Positions 1 to 9,047 of a stretch of DNA of 60,134 nucleotides are shown piece by piece. Source of the stretch: an uncultured Candidatus Saccharibacteria bacterium (GTDB lineage Bacteria; Patescibacteriota; Minisyncoccia; UBA6257; 2-01-FULL-56-20). The stretch lies in the NCBI GenBank assembly GCA_964505005.1, contig CAZDFQ010000005.1, positions 1 to 60,134 of the forward strand, given 5' to 3'. The position numbers were made by a program, and so were the translations under genes. A model generated the notes under the pieces. That model did no database searches. It saw only the letters and a list, made by a program, of their open reading frames with translations, and was not told where the DNA came from. Positions within the stretch are counted from its first letter, which is position 1; every line of letters begins with the position of its first letter.

Positions 1-272
1 CGTTCCCAGCCTCGGTCAGCGTCAAGAAACCGAAACTCCAGGAAGTGGCGCCATAATATTATTCTGCCACTGCCAAAAAACGCCGCCCCGCCTGCCAACG
101 CCTGTTAGTGAAATTTCTAATGGCTTCAAAGACAATCTTAGATTTCCGCTTTCACTGCTGAACTTCATTGAAAGGCAATGGCGGGCGGGTATCAAAACGC
201 GGCGTCTTGTGTTAGATTTAACTTAATTCGGATGGACGCATTTGTAATGCGCTATTCGGATACCTGGTTTTA

Positions 273-1466
273 ATGCTGACCCTAAAAGAAAAAATAAAAA
301 ATCTCCTCTCGCGGAACGTCGAAGAAGTAATTGACAGAAGGCATTTGGAATCAGCGTTGAAAAACGGTAAAAAACTTCGCGTTAAATTAGGCATTGACCC
401 GACCGGCGAAAAAATCCACATTGGCCGAGCCGTGGCGCTCTGGAAACTCCGGGAATTCCAGGAATTAGGCCATAAAATTGTTTTAATTATCGGCGATTTC
501 ACGGCCCAAATCGGCGACCCTTCGGACAAACTGGAAAAACGGCCGTTTCTCACCAAAGAACAGGTTAAGAAAAATCTTAGAAATTATCTTCCGCAAATAG
601 GTAAAATTATTGACCTCAAAAAAATAGAAATTCGCTACAATAGCGACTGGTTGTCCAAGCTCGATTTCCGCGAAACCGCTGAATTGGCCGAATCCTTCAG
701 TGTCAGCCAGATGCTTCGCCGACGCGCTTTCCGCGACCGGCTTGAAAAAGGCCAGGACATCAGTTTGCGCGAATTTTTGTATCCTTTAATGCAGGGTTAT
801 GATTCAGTGGCGGTCAAGGCGGATGTGGAATTGGGCGGCACAGACCAGCTGTTCAATCTTCTGGCTGGCCGGGAAATTCAGAAGAGCTACGGCCAAAGAC
901 CGCAGGACATTATGACTGTTCAAATGCTTGTCGGCACTGACGGCCGGAAAATGAGCACGAGCTGGGGCAATGTCATCAACATCGTTGATTCCGCTGACGA
1001 GCAATTCGGGAAATTGATGGCGACGCACGACAAAGTCATTCCGGATTATTTCCGCCTGGCCACTCGTCTTTCGGAGCCGGAAATTAAAAAATATGAAAAG
1101 GAACTAAAAGCCGGAGCCAACCCTCGGAATATAAAAATGATTCTTGCCAAAGAAATCGTGGCGCTTTATCACCGCCGGGAAGAAGCAGAGAAAGCCGCTC
1201 AAAAATGGGAAAAAGTTTTTTCCAAAAAGGAAATTTCCGGCGCGGCAATTCCGGAATTGAAATTGAAATCAAAGAAAATTTCGGCTCTGGATTTGGTTTT
1301 GGCCGCCGGCGTTGTCAAAAGCAAAAGCGAAGGCCGGCGCTTGATTGAGCAGGGCGCCGTGGAAATCAACGGCCTCGTTAAAAATAATTCCAATGAAATT
1401 CTGACGCTTGAAAGCGGCGCAATTCTGAAAATCGGCAAAAGACATTTTTTCCGGATTAAAATTTGA
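273..1466 (+). CDS. tyrS: tyrosine--tRNA ligase
   Basis: GIDPT, HIGR (HIGH-like), YPLMQGYD, GGTDQ and KMSTS motifs; C-terminal S4 domain. Confidence 0.97.
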   Translation: MLTLKEKIKNLLSRNVEEVIDRRHLESALKNGKKLRVKLGIDPTGEKIHIGRAVALWKLREFQELGHKIVLIIGDFTAQIGDPSDKLEKRPFLTKEQVKKNLRNYLPQIGKIIDLKKIEIRYNSDWLSKLDFRETAELAESFSVSQMLRRRAFRDRLEKGQDISLREFLYPLMQGYDSVAVKADVELGGTDQLFNLLAGREIQKSYGQRPQDIMTVQMLVGTDGRKMSTSWGNVINIVDSADEQFGKLMATHDKVIPDYFRLATRLSEPEIKKYEKELKAGANPRNIKMILAKEIVALYHRREEAEKAAQKWEKVFSKKEISGAAIPELKLKSKKISALDLVLAAGVVKSKSEGRRLIEQGAVEINGLVKNNSNEILTLESGAILKIGKRHFFRIKI

Positions 1467-1504
1467 ATTGTTTGTCCTGACTCTTTTGTTAGAACGCAAG
1501 GGAT

Positions 1505-2464
1505 ATGACTCGTTCGTTTCTGATTAAAATTCCTCCGAAATCCCTGCCTTATAATTTCGATTTCTTTCTTGAGCATTATGTATTCCAGCCGTGGGTCGTC
1601 GAGGGCAAAGAATTAGTAAGATTATTCAAATTGAAAAGCGGTAAGTTCGCGTTGGTCAATGTAGGTTTCACCGACGGCAAAAGACCGGACTTAAAATTAA
1701 AAATTGATTCTAAAGACCAATTGACCAGCAAAGAAATTTACTGGTTAAAAGATACAATATCCTGGGTTTTCGCAGTGGATGATGATGTCAGATATTTTTA
1801 TGAAGTAATTTGTCGGCGCGACCCGGTTCTTAAAGCCGCTGCCAAAGAAATTTACGGCGCGCATCTGCGGACCGACCCAACTGTTTTCGAATCAGTTCTT
1901 GGCGTTGTTGTCGCCCAAAATGTCTATTTCAAGAGAATTTACGAAATGACCAAACTTTTATGTCAAAGATTCGGCGAATCAAGAGTTTTTAACGGCAAAA
2001 CCTACTATACTTTTCCGACGCCAAAGCGCCTGGCCAGCGCCAAACTATCTGAAATCCGGCGTTGCAAAGTCGGCTACCGCGATAAATACATTCAAGGCGT
2101 TGCCAGAAAAATTGTCAAAGAAAATATTGATTTGGACAAATTAAGAGAACTCGATGATATTTCCGAAATCCGCCGGAAACTGGATGAATTGCCGGGCGTC
2201 GGTCCTTATACAGCTGGTTTGACCATTGCCATAAGCTTCAGGAAGTCGGTATTTCATCTTGATTTATTCAGCCGAGAGGCGATGTATACTTTTTATTTTC
2301 AAGGGAGAAAAGTTCCGGATAAAACCCTGCAGAATTTTGCCGACAAGCATTGGGGCAAATGGAAACATTATGCCATGCTTCTTCTGACAACCAACACTGA
2401 TTCTTGGGCGAGGAATCTCGGCAAAAAATTCCGTCTTAAATCCGGCGCTAAGTCGCCTGTTTGA
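1505..2464 (+). CDS. HhH-GPD family DNA glycosylase (AlkA/Ogg-like)
   Basis: FESVLGVVVAQN, TFPTP, GYRDKYI and helix-hairpin-helix LPGVGPYTA. Confidence 0.85.
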   Translation: MTRSFLIKIPPKSLPYNFDFFLEHYVFQPWVVEGKELVRLFKLKSGKFALVNVGFTDGKRPDLKLKIDSKDQLTSKEIYWLKDTISWVFAVDDDVRYFYEVICRRDPVLKAAAKEIYGAHLRTDPTVFESVLGVVVAQNVYFKRIYEMTKLLCQRFGESRVFNGKTYYTFPTPKRLASAKLSEIRRCKVGYRDKYIQGVARKIVKENIDLDKLRELDDISEIRRKLDELPGVGPYTAGLTIAISFRKSVFHLDLFSREAMYTFYFQGRKVPDKTLQNFADKHWGKWKHYAMLLLTTNTDSWARNLGKKFRLKSGAKSPV

Positions 2465-3026
2465 ACAAACGAGAACTTCCGAAATTTTTGAGACAGTCCT
2501 CCACGGCTCGAGCTATGTTTTTATTCCAGGTATGGCCAGCCGCCACTTCGATGAGCTTGAGGCCGCTGTTTTTGATGATTGCCGCTGACTTCTGGTCGCA
2601 AAAATAGTTGTCATTTTTGCCTCTGATAACAATCAGGTTCTCTTTGGGAATTTTTTGCATTGCCTGCCAGACATCAATCTTTAAAAGTTCCCTAAGCTCT
2701 TTCAAGTCATGGAACCAGTTGCTCACCGGCATTATTTTCTTTCTTTCAATGCCTTCACCAAAAAGAAATCTAAGCCAGTCCCAGAAAAGTATTGCCAGGT
2801 TTCTTTTTCTTATCAGAGGATTTACAAAAATAAACCGGCTGTCTTTATCTCGAACGGAATCATAATGAGCCAGGATAAAATTCACTCCGGTACTGTCGCC
2901 GATGTAATAATCAGCAGCCGGGATTTCTTTTTCAGAAAAAGATTTCAGCCAGATGTCCAGGCCGGAATAGCTCCCGTAATTTTTCACCGCTTGAAAAGCT
3001 CCCGGCAGAATCAAAACCCTCCTCAT
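2448..3026 (-). CDS. small alpha/beta-hydrolase-like protein
   Basis: GDSTG nucleophile-elbow-like motif, GKNDNY and AGHTW. Confidence 0.55.
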   Translation of the reverse strand: MRRVLILPGAFQAVKNYGSYSGLDIWLKSFSEKEIPAADYYIGDSTGVNFILAHYDSVRDKDSRFIFVNPLIRKRNLAILFWDWLRFLFGEGIERKKIMPVSNWFHDLKELRELLKIDVWQAMQKIPKENLIVIRGKNDNYFCDQKSAAIIKNSGLKLIEVAAGHTWNKNIARAVEDCLKNFGSSRLFKQAT

Positions 3027-3078
3027 TTTTTTAAAGATAAACCATTCGTCTTTAGTAAGAGTATTTTAATTTTAGATT

Positions 3079-3118
3079 TGGAGCGAGAGACGGGAATCGA
3101 ATCCGCGTATCCTGCTTG
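3079..3118 (-). pseudogene. 3' half of a tRNA (Gly-like) with CCA; 5' half missing
   Basis: minus strand CAAGCAGGATACGCGGATTCGATTCCCGTCTCTCGCTCCA gives T-arm, acceptor strand and CCA; upstream it joins CTACTACGGGG instead of a D-arm. Confidence 0.7.
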
Positions 3119-3147
3119 CCCCGTAGTAGAAATTGCGAAATATCCGG

Positions 3148-3218
3148 AGCGGGCGATGGGAATTGAACCCACGCTTGGACCTTGGAAGGGTCCCGTACTG
3201 CCACTATACTACGCCCGC
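3148..3218 (-). tRNA. tRNA-Gly(TCC)
   Basis: GCGGGCG/CGCCCGC acceptor stem; anticodon loop with TTCCAA; GGTTCAATTCC T-loop. Confidence 0.95.
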
Positions 3219-3348
3219 TTAGCCCTGATTTCTCTTGTTAACTTATTTTCTAACATAAACGTTCCAGAGGCAAGGTTGCCAATTTTTAAAAAATCGGTTA
3301 AAAATAATCCAACTTCAGCATTCAAAAATATTCATTCAGATAACCAAA

Positions 3349-3945
3349 ATGTTCCACTTCTCCCGCCGGACAAAAATTTTTTTAATAGTCATTGCCTCGA
3401 TTGTGGCAGTATTTCTGGGGAATCGGCTTCTGGATTCTAAAAACTCTGTGCCAGGGGAGTTTACCGAGGCCCGGCTTCAGGGCGCGATTATTTCCCAAAA
3501 CATTGTTGAGTTGTCGAGAAAATCAACCGCTGATTTGGAAGCCATTAACAAGCTGGACAGCGAGAAAAATTTCGGACAAGCACTGGACCTGACTCTGAAA
3601 GTAATTCAACAGAGCCGCGAGATTCGCGAGCAAGCCGTCAAACTTTCTGACCAGGTTTCTAAAATGACTCAGGCGCTGTCCGGCATAAAATCTTTTGAAG
3701 CCAGACAGGCGGCCCTGGAAGCCATTGCCAGCCAATTGGCCATTATCAGTCGGCTGATTAATTACAGCGATTATCTTGGTCAGCTTCTGACAATTCTTCA
3801 GGCCAGATTCGTCGGTCAGCCCGGCGACCACCGGGTGGCGACAATCATTGACCAGACTAACGCCGAGGTCAACGCCATCAATAATTTCAATAATCAGGCC
3901 ACCCAGGCGATGGCCAGATTCGACAGCATAGTGGATAGCCGCTAG
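3349..3945 (+). CDS. membrane-anchored coiled-coil hypothetical protein
   Basis: N-terminal TM helix followed by heptad-rich helical sequence. Confidence 0.75.
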   Translation: MFHFSRRTKIFLIVIASIVAVFLGNRLLDSKNSVPGEFTEARLQGAIISQNIVELSRKSTADLEAINKLDSEKNFGQALDLTLKVIQQSREIREQAVKLSDQVSKMTQALSGIKSFEARQAALEAIASQLAIISRLINYSDYLGQLLTILQARFVGQPGDHRVATIIDQTNAEVNAINNFNNQATQAMARFDSIVDSR

Positions 3946-4095
3946 GGCCTGCAGACAGATTTATGTTGGAGGTTTATTCGGGGGGCGCATTCGTATGAAG
4001 TTTCGCTTCATCAATCGGTTCGCTCGGCAATCACAAGAATTTTGTAATCTTACGTTGCCTCGCTGCCAATTGTAGCGCGCTATTCGGATGCAAAG

Positions 4096-4869
4096 ATGAA
4101 GCTCATTTCTTTAAACATTTGGGGTGGCCGCGAATACGAACCGTTGCTTAATTTTTTGAAAGAACATTCTTTCAAGACCGACATCTTTTGCTTTCAGGAA
4201 GTTTTCAGCTCTTCTTCGGGAATAGTTGAAAGTCGCCGCAGCCGGGTCAATATCCTGGCTGACCTCGCTAATTTACTGAAGGATTTTAATTATTATTTCG
4301 CGCCCGAACAGGATGGCTTTGATTTTGAAGGCCGAGTAGATTTCGATATTTCTTTTGGCCAGGCGACTTTTGTCAAAAAAATCCATCAGGTTGATTCCGA
4401 AGGCAGTATTTTCACTCATCTTGACCGGAATCAAGCCAGGAAAGCGCTTGATTTTCCGGCTAATTTCCACTATGTCCGATTCCAGGCCCAAGGCAAAAAA
4501 TTCGTTGTCTTGAATTTTCACGGCCTTTCCGAACCCGGCAGTAAGCTGGATACGCCAGAGCGCTTGAATCAATCCTGGCTAATAAAAAATTTTTTGACTA
4601 AAGAAACCGGCGCCAAGATTCTTACCGGAGATTTCAATCTTTTGCCGGAAACGCAAAGCATTGCCATCCTGGAAGAAAACCTACTCAACTTGATTAAAAA
4701 ATCCAAAATTCCGCGAACCCGGAGCCGGCTGTCGCCGTTTTTCGGCAAAGCTGATTTCCAAAAATTCGCCGATTACGTGCTTGTTTCGCCAGAAGTAAAG
4801 GTTATAAATTTTGAAGTGCCGGATGTGGCTGTCTCTGACCATTTGCCGATGGTCTTGGAATTTTCGTAG
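4096..4869 (+). CDS. endonuclease/exonuclease/phosphatase (EEP) family protein
   Basis: SLNIW, DIFCFQEV, GDFN and SDH motifs. Confidence 0.92.
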   Translation: MKLISLNIWGGREYEPLLNFLKEHSFKTDIFCFQEVFSSSSGIVESRRSRVNILADLANLLKDFNYYFAPEQDGFDFEGRVDFDISFGQATFVKKIHQVDSEGSIFTHLDRNQARKALDFPANFHYVRFQAQGKKFVVLNFHGLSEPGSKLDTPERLNQSWLIKNFLTKETGAKILTGDFNLLPETQSIAILEENLLNLIKKSKIPRTRSRLSPFFGKADFQKFADYVLVSPEVKVINFEVPDVAVSDHLPMVLEFS

Positions 4870-4951
4870 TGCCGCCGAGAGGGTTCGAACCTCTAACCCT
4901 TACGGGACAGCGTCCTAAGCGCTGCGCGTATTCCATTTCCGCCACGGCGGC
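4870..4951 (-). tRNA. tRNA-Leu(TAG)
   Basis: GCCGCCG/CGGCGGC acceptor; CAGCG-CTTAGGA-CGCTG anticodon arm; long variable arm. Confidence 0.95.
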
Positions 4952-5024
4952 AAAATTTTAGTGGTGGGATTTCATCACCTGTCCACTCCTAATTTTTATA
5001 TATTTTTTAAGCAAAAATCAAGCA

Positions 5025-5054
5025 TTGACTTTTTAATAATTTTATGCTTATATT
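5025..5054 (+). promoter_or_regulatory. sigma70-type promoter of cassette 1
   Basis: TTGACT-N18-TATATT; 28/30 identical to 6248-6277. Confidence 0.7.
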
Positions 5055-5183
5055 TTGAAAGTATGGCTGACAGAGATTGAATTTCTCGGCAGCCAGTTTG
5101 AGAACAAACAAGAAGTAACAAATCACAGAATCAGCATTTCACAATAGCCCTGGACAGTAGGGCAACAGAAGGAGGGACCGAAA

Positions 5184-6152
5184 ATGAGGTGGCCACAGGT
5201 GGACTTCGAAAAAATCCTCAGGAACGCAAGAAGAGGGGCTAAGTGGGTCGCTATCGCCATCATCGTAGCAGCGGCGATGCTCTTTGCATTCCGCATCCTG
5301 GACCTGTTGGTGGCGTGGCGCGTCTACTCCTGGTTTTTCCAGCCGTTGGCACAATCAGGAATCCCGGAAACGCTAAGCGGCGCTATCGCTATCTGGCTGA
5401 TGGCAGCGGTGATACTTGTCCTTCCGAGTCTCGCCTATGCTTTTGTCTTCAATAGGAGCAAGGCGATTCTCATCGTCACCGCCGGCGTCTCAGCTTGGTT
5501 CGTGATTGCCTACTTCATTTCCTTGCCGAGGGATGGTCAGCTCTTCAATCCGATAACCGGCAAGGCGATGTATCGGTATTCACAAGCCACGGATGGAAAG
5601 ATTAAACTTCTGCCGCTCGGCTACCGGTACGACCCCGCAACCGGAGAAGAGTTGAAAGACCTGACCTCCGAGATAGCAAAGAAGTATGCCGAGCAGTCGG
5701 CACAACCGGCGCAGTCGAGGCCAGCGCAACCAACACAATCAACACCGGCGCAACTGGCACCGATACAACCAACCCCGCCAGTTGAAGCGATAACCGGAGA
5801 AATCCCCTTGTGCGATGGGGATCACCCTACCCCAGACAACACCATTCCTGAACCTACCTATCCTACTTTTGCAGGGAACTCGGTTCGGTTCAATCTAAAT
5901 CCTAATTGTTGGGGTGATTGGTTTGATATACGCAGAAGCAAATTTGCTCCAACAAAGGATACAAAAGTTCAACTTGTGGTACCAAAGGGCGGGTGGGTCG
6001 AATTGATGACGCCGGATGGCAAGGTGACGATGGTCAATAGCGTTATTGACCTCAGACAGCAATTCAGTAGATTTCGAATCCGAGGGAGTGCTGGTGGAGG
6101 GTATACGGGGTCGGTCACTATCCGTAGGGTCCCTGTCCCTGATCAGCAATAA
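5184..6152 (+). CDS. membrane protein with Pro/Gln linker and C-terminal globular domain
   Basis: three hydrophobic segments, AQPAQ-type repeats; SD AAGGAGG. Confidence 0.8.
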   Translation: MRWPQVDFEKILRNARRGAKWVAIAIIVAAAMLFAFRILDLLVAWRVYSWFFQPLAQSGIPETLSGAIAIWLMAAVILVLPSLAYAFVFNRSKAILIVTAGVSAWFVIAYFISLPRDGQLFNPITGKAMYRYSQATDGKIKLLPLGYRYDPATGEELKDLTSEIAKKYAEQSAQPAQSRPAQPTQSTPAQLAPIQPTPPVEAITGEIPLCDGDHPTPDNTIPEPTYPTFAGNSVRFNLNPNCWGDWFDIRRSKFAPTKDTKVQLVVPKGGWVELMTPDGKVTMVNSVIDLRQQFSRFRIRGSAGGGYTGSVTIRRVPVPDQQ

Positions 6153-6174
6153 CACTCGAACACAAAAGGCACTG

Positions 6175-6222
6175 AACCAACCCCGCCTTCTGAAAGCCGT
6201 TAGGCAATCGGGAAGCGGGGTT
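6175..6222. repeat. cassette-end hairpin, copy 1 (AACCAACCCCGC...GGAAGCGGGGTT)
   Basis: inverted arms; homologous to 7828-7887 and 8838-8887. Confidence 0.75.
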
Positions 6223-6247
6223 GACCATTTTATAGCCCCCCGCAAAT

Positions 6248-6277
6248 TTGACATTTTTATAATTTTATGCTTATATT
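6248..6277 (+). promoter_or_regulatory. sigma70-type promoter of cassette 2
   Basis: TTGACA-N18-TATATT. Confidence 0.75.
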
Positions 6278-6401
6278 TAAATAGTACGGCTGGCTCGGGA
6301 ATTGTCCTGGGTCGGCTGCCAGCAGCTTGAGAACAGAATACATAATCACACCTTTCGCATTGCCGTTCGGCTTGACCAGCGGCAAACAAAGGAGGCAAAC
6401 C

Positions 6402-7373
6402 ATGCTCGTTATGGTTGTGGCGGCTGTAGTTGCAGTTGCAGTAACATTCGTAATTCTGAGTTCGCTTATCATCGTTCCGGCCTATCACTTTGGCGTGGCC
6501 GAGTTATTTGGCGAGCGGACCGGCAGGATTATCCGCGAGGGGCTGGGCTTCAAAATGCCCTTCTTTGAAACAGTCGAGCTTATTTCGCTCGAGCTCGAGC
6601 GAACCGAGGTTAAGGCAAAATTCACGACCGCCCCGCCCGACCGGCTAGCCCTTGTCATCAAGGGGTCGCTCCAGTACAAGCCCGACCCCGACGTCGATGA
6701 GCTCGACGAACACGGCAACCACACCGGCCGCAACGTGTTCATCAGTATTTCGGAAGAAATCATCGCGGCCGGGATCACGGAAGCGGTGCAGTCGGTTCTC
6801 GGAAACATCGGCGGCGTGACGCCATCCGATGGGTTCATCCGGAACCGCCGGGCAGTGGAATCTCTGATCAACTGCTTCCTGCGTCTGGGCGTGCCCCCGC
6901 ATCTCAATCATGCGCCGGGCGATGCTCATACCTGCGGGCAGGAGAGGTGCAGGTATCCTCAAGGACGCATCCCTGCCAAGCAAGTCCTCCGGTTCTATGA
7001 CAACCACACGGAGGGCATCCGCCGCATCCTTGGCAGAGAGCAACAGGAGCCGGAGGTGCGTTCGGACATTGAGAACCGCTACGGCATCGACATCACGACT
7101 TTTGCCGCGGCGGAAATCGACTTCTCTGAGGATGTTCAGCGGTCCTTTGAGAAGCGCCGAGAGGCCCAGGCGCGCAAAGAGGCCTTTGGGTTTAAAATGC
7201 AGATGGCTAGGCGCGTCAAGGACGACCTCGATGCCGACGCACAGGTAGCCTTGAACGCCGCCGATGTCTCGCTTGACCCGGCGGTGAAGAAGCAAGTGGT
7301 CTCGGTCGAAGGAAGCGCAGGAGTCATCGGCGGCTTCCTCGGTCTGCTGGCTGGAGAGAAAGGAGGGAAGTGA
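6402..7373 (+). CDS. SPFH/Band-7-like membrane protein
   Basis: TM helix then IVPAYHFGVAELFG...EGLGFKMPFFETVE and RYGIDI; start chosen at the ATG after AAAGGAGG. Confidence 0.75.
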   Translation: MLVMVVAAVVAVAVTFVILSSLIIVPAYHFGVAELFGERTGRIIREGLGFKMPFFETVELISLELERTEVKAKFTTAPPDRLALVIKGSLQYKPDPDVDELDEHGNHTGRNVFISISEEIIAAGITEAVQSVLGNIGGVTPSDGFIRNRRAVESLINCFLRLGVPPHLNHAPGDAHTCGQERCRYPQGRIPAKQVLRFYDNHTEGIRRILGREQQEPEVRSDIENRYGIDITTFAAAEIDFSEDVQRSFEKRREAQARKEAFGFKMQMARRVKDDLDADAQVALNAADVSLDPAVKKQVVSVEGSAGVIGGFLGLLAGEKGGK

Positions 7374-7374
7374 G

Positions 7375-7803
7375 ATGCCGACGCATCGTAAGGGTCCGGT
7401 ACCGCCAGTTATCAAGAAGCCGGCGGTGAAGAAGACGTTGCTGTGGGGGGTCATCGTTATCATCGGCATAGGCGTCGTCGCTGCCTTCGCCGGCTGGTTC
7501 GCTGACCAAGCGGTGCAAGGAATGACGGGAGCAAGAGACCAAGCGGTAATAGTCGGCCCGCGGGACGAGGTAGAGGTGCGTCTGCCTCCTAGGTCGTGGG
7601 GGCAGATTTGCACCGACAAGCCAGCCCTGATTCGGCTAGCAGAGGGCGGCGAGTTCCGGCTTGAGCCGCCATGTAAGGTGGTACGCCAATCGGACAGCGT
7701 TTCGGTCCCGAGCATGGGGGATAACACTTCGGGTATCCTCTATGTGAAGGCCGCGCCAAGCGAGAAGATGGCGCGGGTAACCATCACGACGGTTAGGAAG
7801 TAA
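7375..7803 (+). CDS. single-TM hypothetical protein, translationally adjacent to the SPFH gene
   Basis: TGAGATG junction, SD AAGGAGG, one TM helix. Confidence 0.75.
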   Translation: MPTHRKGPVPPVIKKPAVKKTLLWGVIVIIGIGVVAAFAGWFADQAVQGMTGARDQAVIVGPRDEVEVRLPPRSWGQICTDKPALIRLAEGGEFRLEPPCKVVRQSDSVSVPSMGDNTSGILYVKAAPSEKMARVTITTVRK

Positions 7804-7827
7804 CGCAGCCGTCGCGAAAGGAGGTGA

Positions 7828-7887
7828 AACCAACCCCGCTTTCTCAAAGCCTCAGGCAGACGCCTGAAGGCCGAGAGGAAGCGGGGT
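7828..7887. repeat. cassette-end hairpin, copy 2
   Basis: AACCAACCCCGCTTTCTC...GAGAGGAAGCGGGGT. Confidence 0.75.
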
Positions 7888-7955
7888 CAAGTATTTTAAT
7901 TATAGTAAATAGAATAGCGCTTGGTTTTTAGCTGAACTTTTGTTATGATTTTACA

Positions 7956-8192
7956 ATGCTGCCTGAAAATCTTAAAAAATATTTTTGGGATTCGGATTTT
8001 TTTTCGTTAAATCCCGATATTCATAAACGATATATTCTTGAGCGGCTGTTGGAGTTGGGCGACGAAAAAGCCGTCAACTGGCTGAAATCCGCCTTCCGAG
8101 AAAATGATATAAAAGATGTGCTGCAGAAAAGCCGGACGCTTTCTAAGCGGAGTCTTAATTTTTGGCGCTTGGTTTTGGATAAGACGGCATGA
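7956..8192 (+). CDS. putative antitoxin (DUF6922-like)
   Basis: KYFWD...YILERLLELGD...NFW signature; overlaps the toxin gene (ATGA). Confidence 0.75.
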   Translation: MLPENLKKYFWDSDFFSLNPDIHKRYILERLLELGDEKAVNWLKSAFRENDIKDVLQKSRTLSKRSLNFWRLVLDKTA

Positions 8193-8830
8193 ATTTTCAT
8201 CCGGAAATCCTTTCGGGAGAAGCCCAGAAAACATTCTCCTCGCTTAAAAATTTTCCGCTGATTCGGAAATTTTATCTCGGCGGCGGCACGGGATTGGCTT
8301 TGCAAATCGGTCATCGAACTTCGGCGGATTTAGATTTTTTCATTGACGGAGATTTTGATGAAGCCGCCTTGATTCAAGAACTCAAAGACCAGGGCGAATT
8401 TCAGCTGGAAAAAAAGGCGGAAAATACGGCCATCGGAATATTGAACGGCGTAAAGATATCTTTTCTGGGATACAAATACCCGCTTCTTGAAAAAATAGAG
8501 GAATTAGAGGCGATTAAAATCGCTTCCATTATGGATATTGCCTGTATGAAAGTTGACGCGATTGCCAGCCGGGGGACGAAACGCGATTTTGTTGATGTTT
8601 ACTTTGCCGCCAGAGAAAAGTTCTCGTTAAAAGAAATTTTGGATAATTTCGAGAAAAAATACGTTTCCCTCAACTACAACTTGATACATGTTAAAAAAAG
8701 CCTGGTTTATTTTGAGGACGCCGAAGCGGACCCGATGCCGATTATGTTAAAACCGGCCAAATGGACGGAGATTAAAATATTTTTTGAACAGGAAGTGCTT
8801 AAGTTGATTAAGATTAACACCGCTGATTAA
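8189..8830 (+). CDS. AbiEii/AbiGii-family nucleotidyltransferase toxin
   Basis: YLGGGTGLALQIGHRTSADLDFF, MKVDAIASRG.KRDFVD. Confidence 0.9.
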   Translation: MNFHPEILSGEAQKTFSSLKNFPLIRKFYLGGGTGLALQIGHRTSADLDFFIDGDFDEAALIQELKDQGEFQLEKKAENTAIGILNGVKISFLGYKYPLLEKIEELEAIKIASIMDIACMKVDAIASRGTKRDFVDVYFAAREKFSLKEILDNFEKKYVSLNYNLIHVKKSLVYFEDAEADPMPIMLKPAKWTEIKIFFEQEVLKLIKINTAD

Positions 8831-8837
8831 GGACTGT

Positions 8838-8887
8838 CCCGCTGGAAAGGCGGAGAATTTGGGCGGCCGGCCGAGAGGAAGCGGGGT
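8838..8887. repeat. cassette-end element, copy 3 (19-bp direct repeat of 7869-7887)
   Basis: GGCCGAGAGGAAGCGGGGT at 8869-8887. Confidence 0.8.
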
Positions 8888-9047
8888 GAGCTATTTTTAG
8901 GCATCCGAAAAGCAGTTACGAATAGCCTTATCGAATAAGCACGCTCGAATAAAATCCAATGCGCCCATACGAATTTTTTATACAGACGAAAAAAGAAGCG
9001 CCGAGCGAGTCGGCCTTCTTTTCCAGTGTTTATTTGGTGGATTTATT

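Noticed and set aside
1-225. 3' end of an upstream gene
   Set aside because: Frame cannot be assigned; much of the stretch is repeat element 87-189
2709-3440. 243-aa ORF, 360-aa ORF 6645-7727 and other antisense ORFs
   Set aside because: Shadow frames over better-supported genes or tRNAs
6175-8887. Classical integron attC sites
   Set aside because: No RYYYAAC/GTTRRRY ends and no intI; reported only as integron-like
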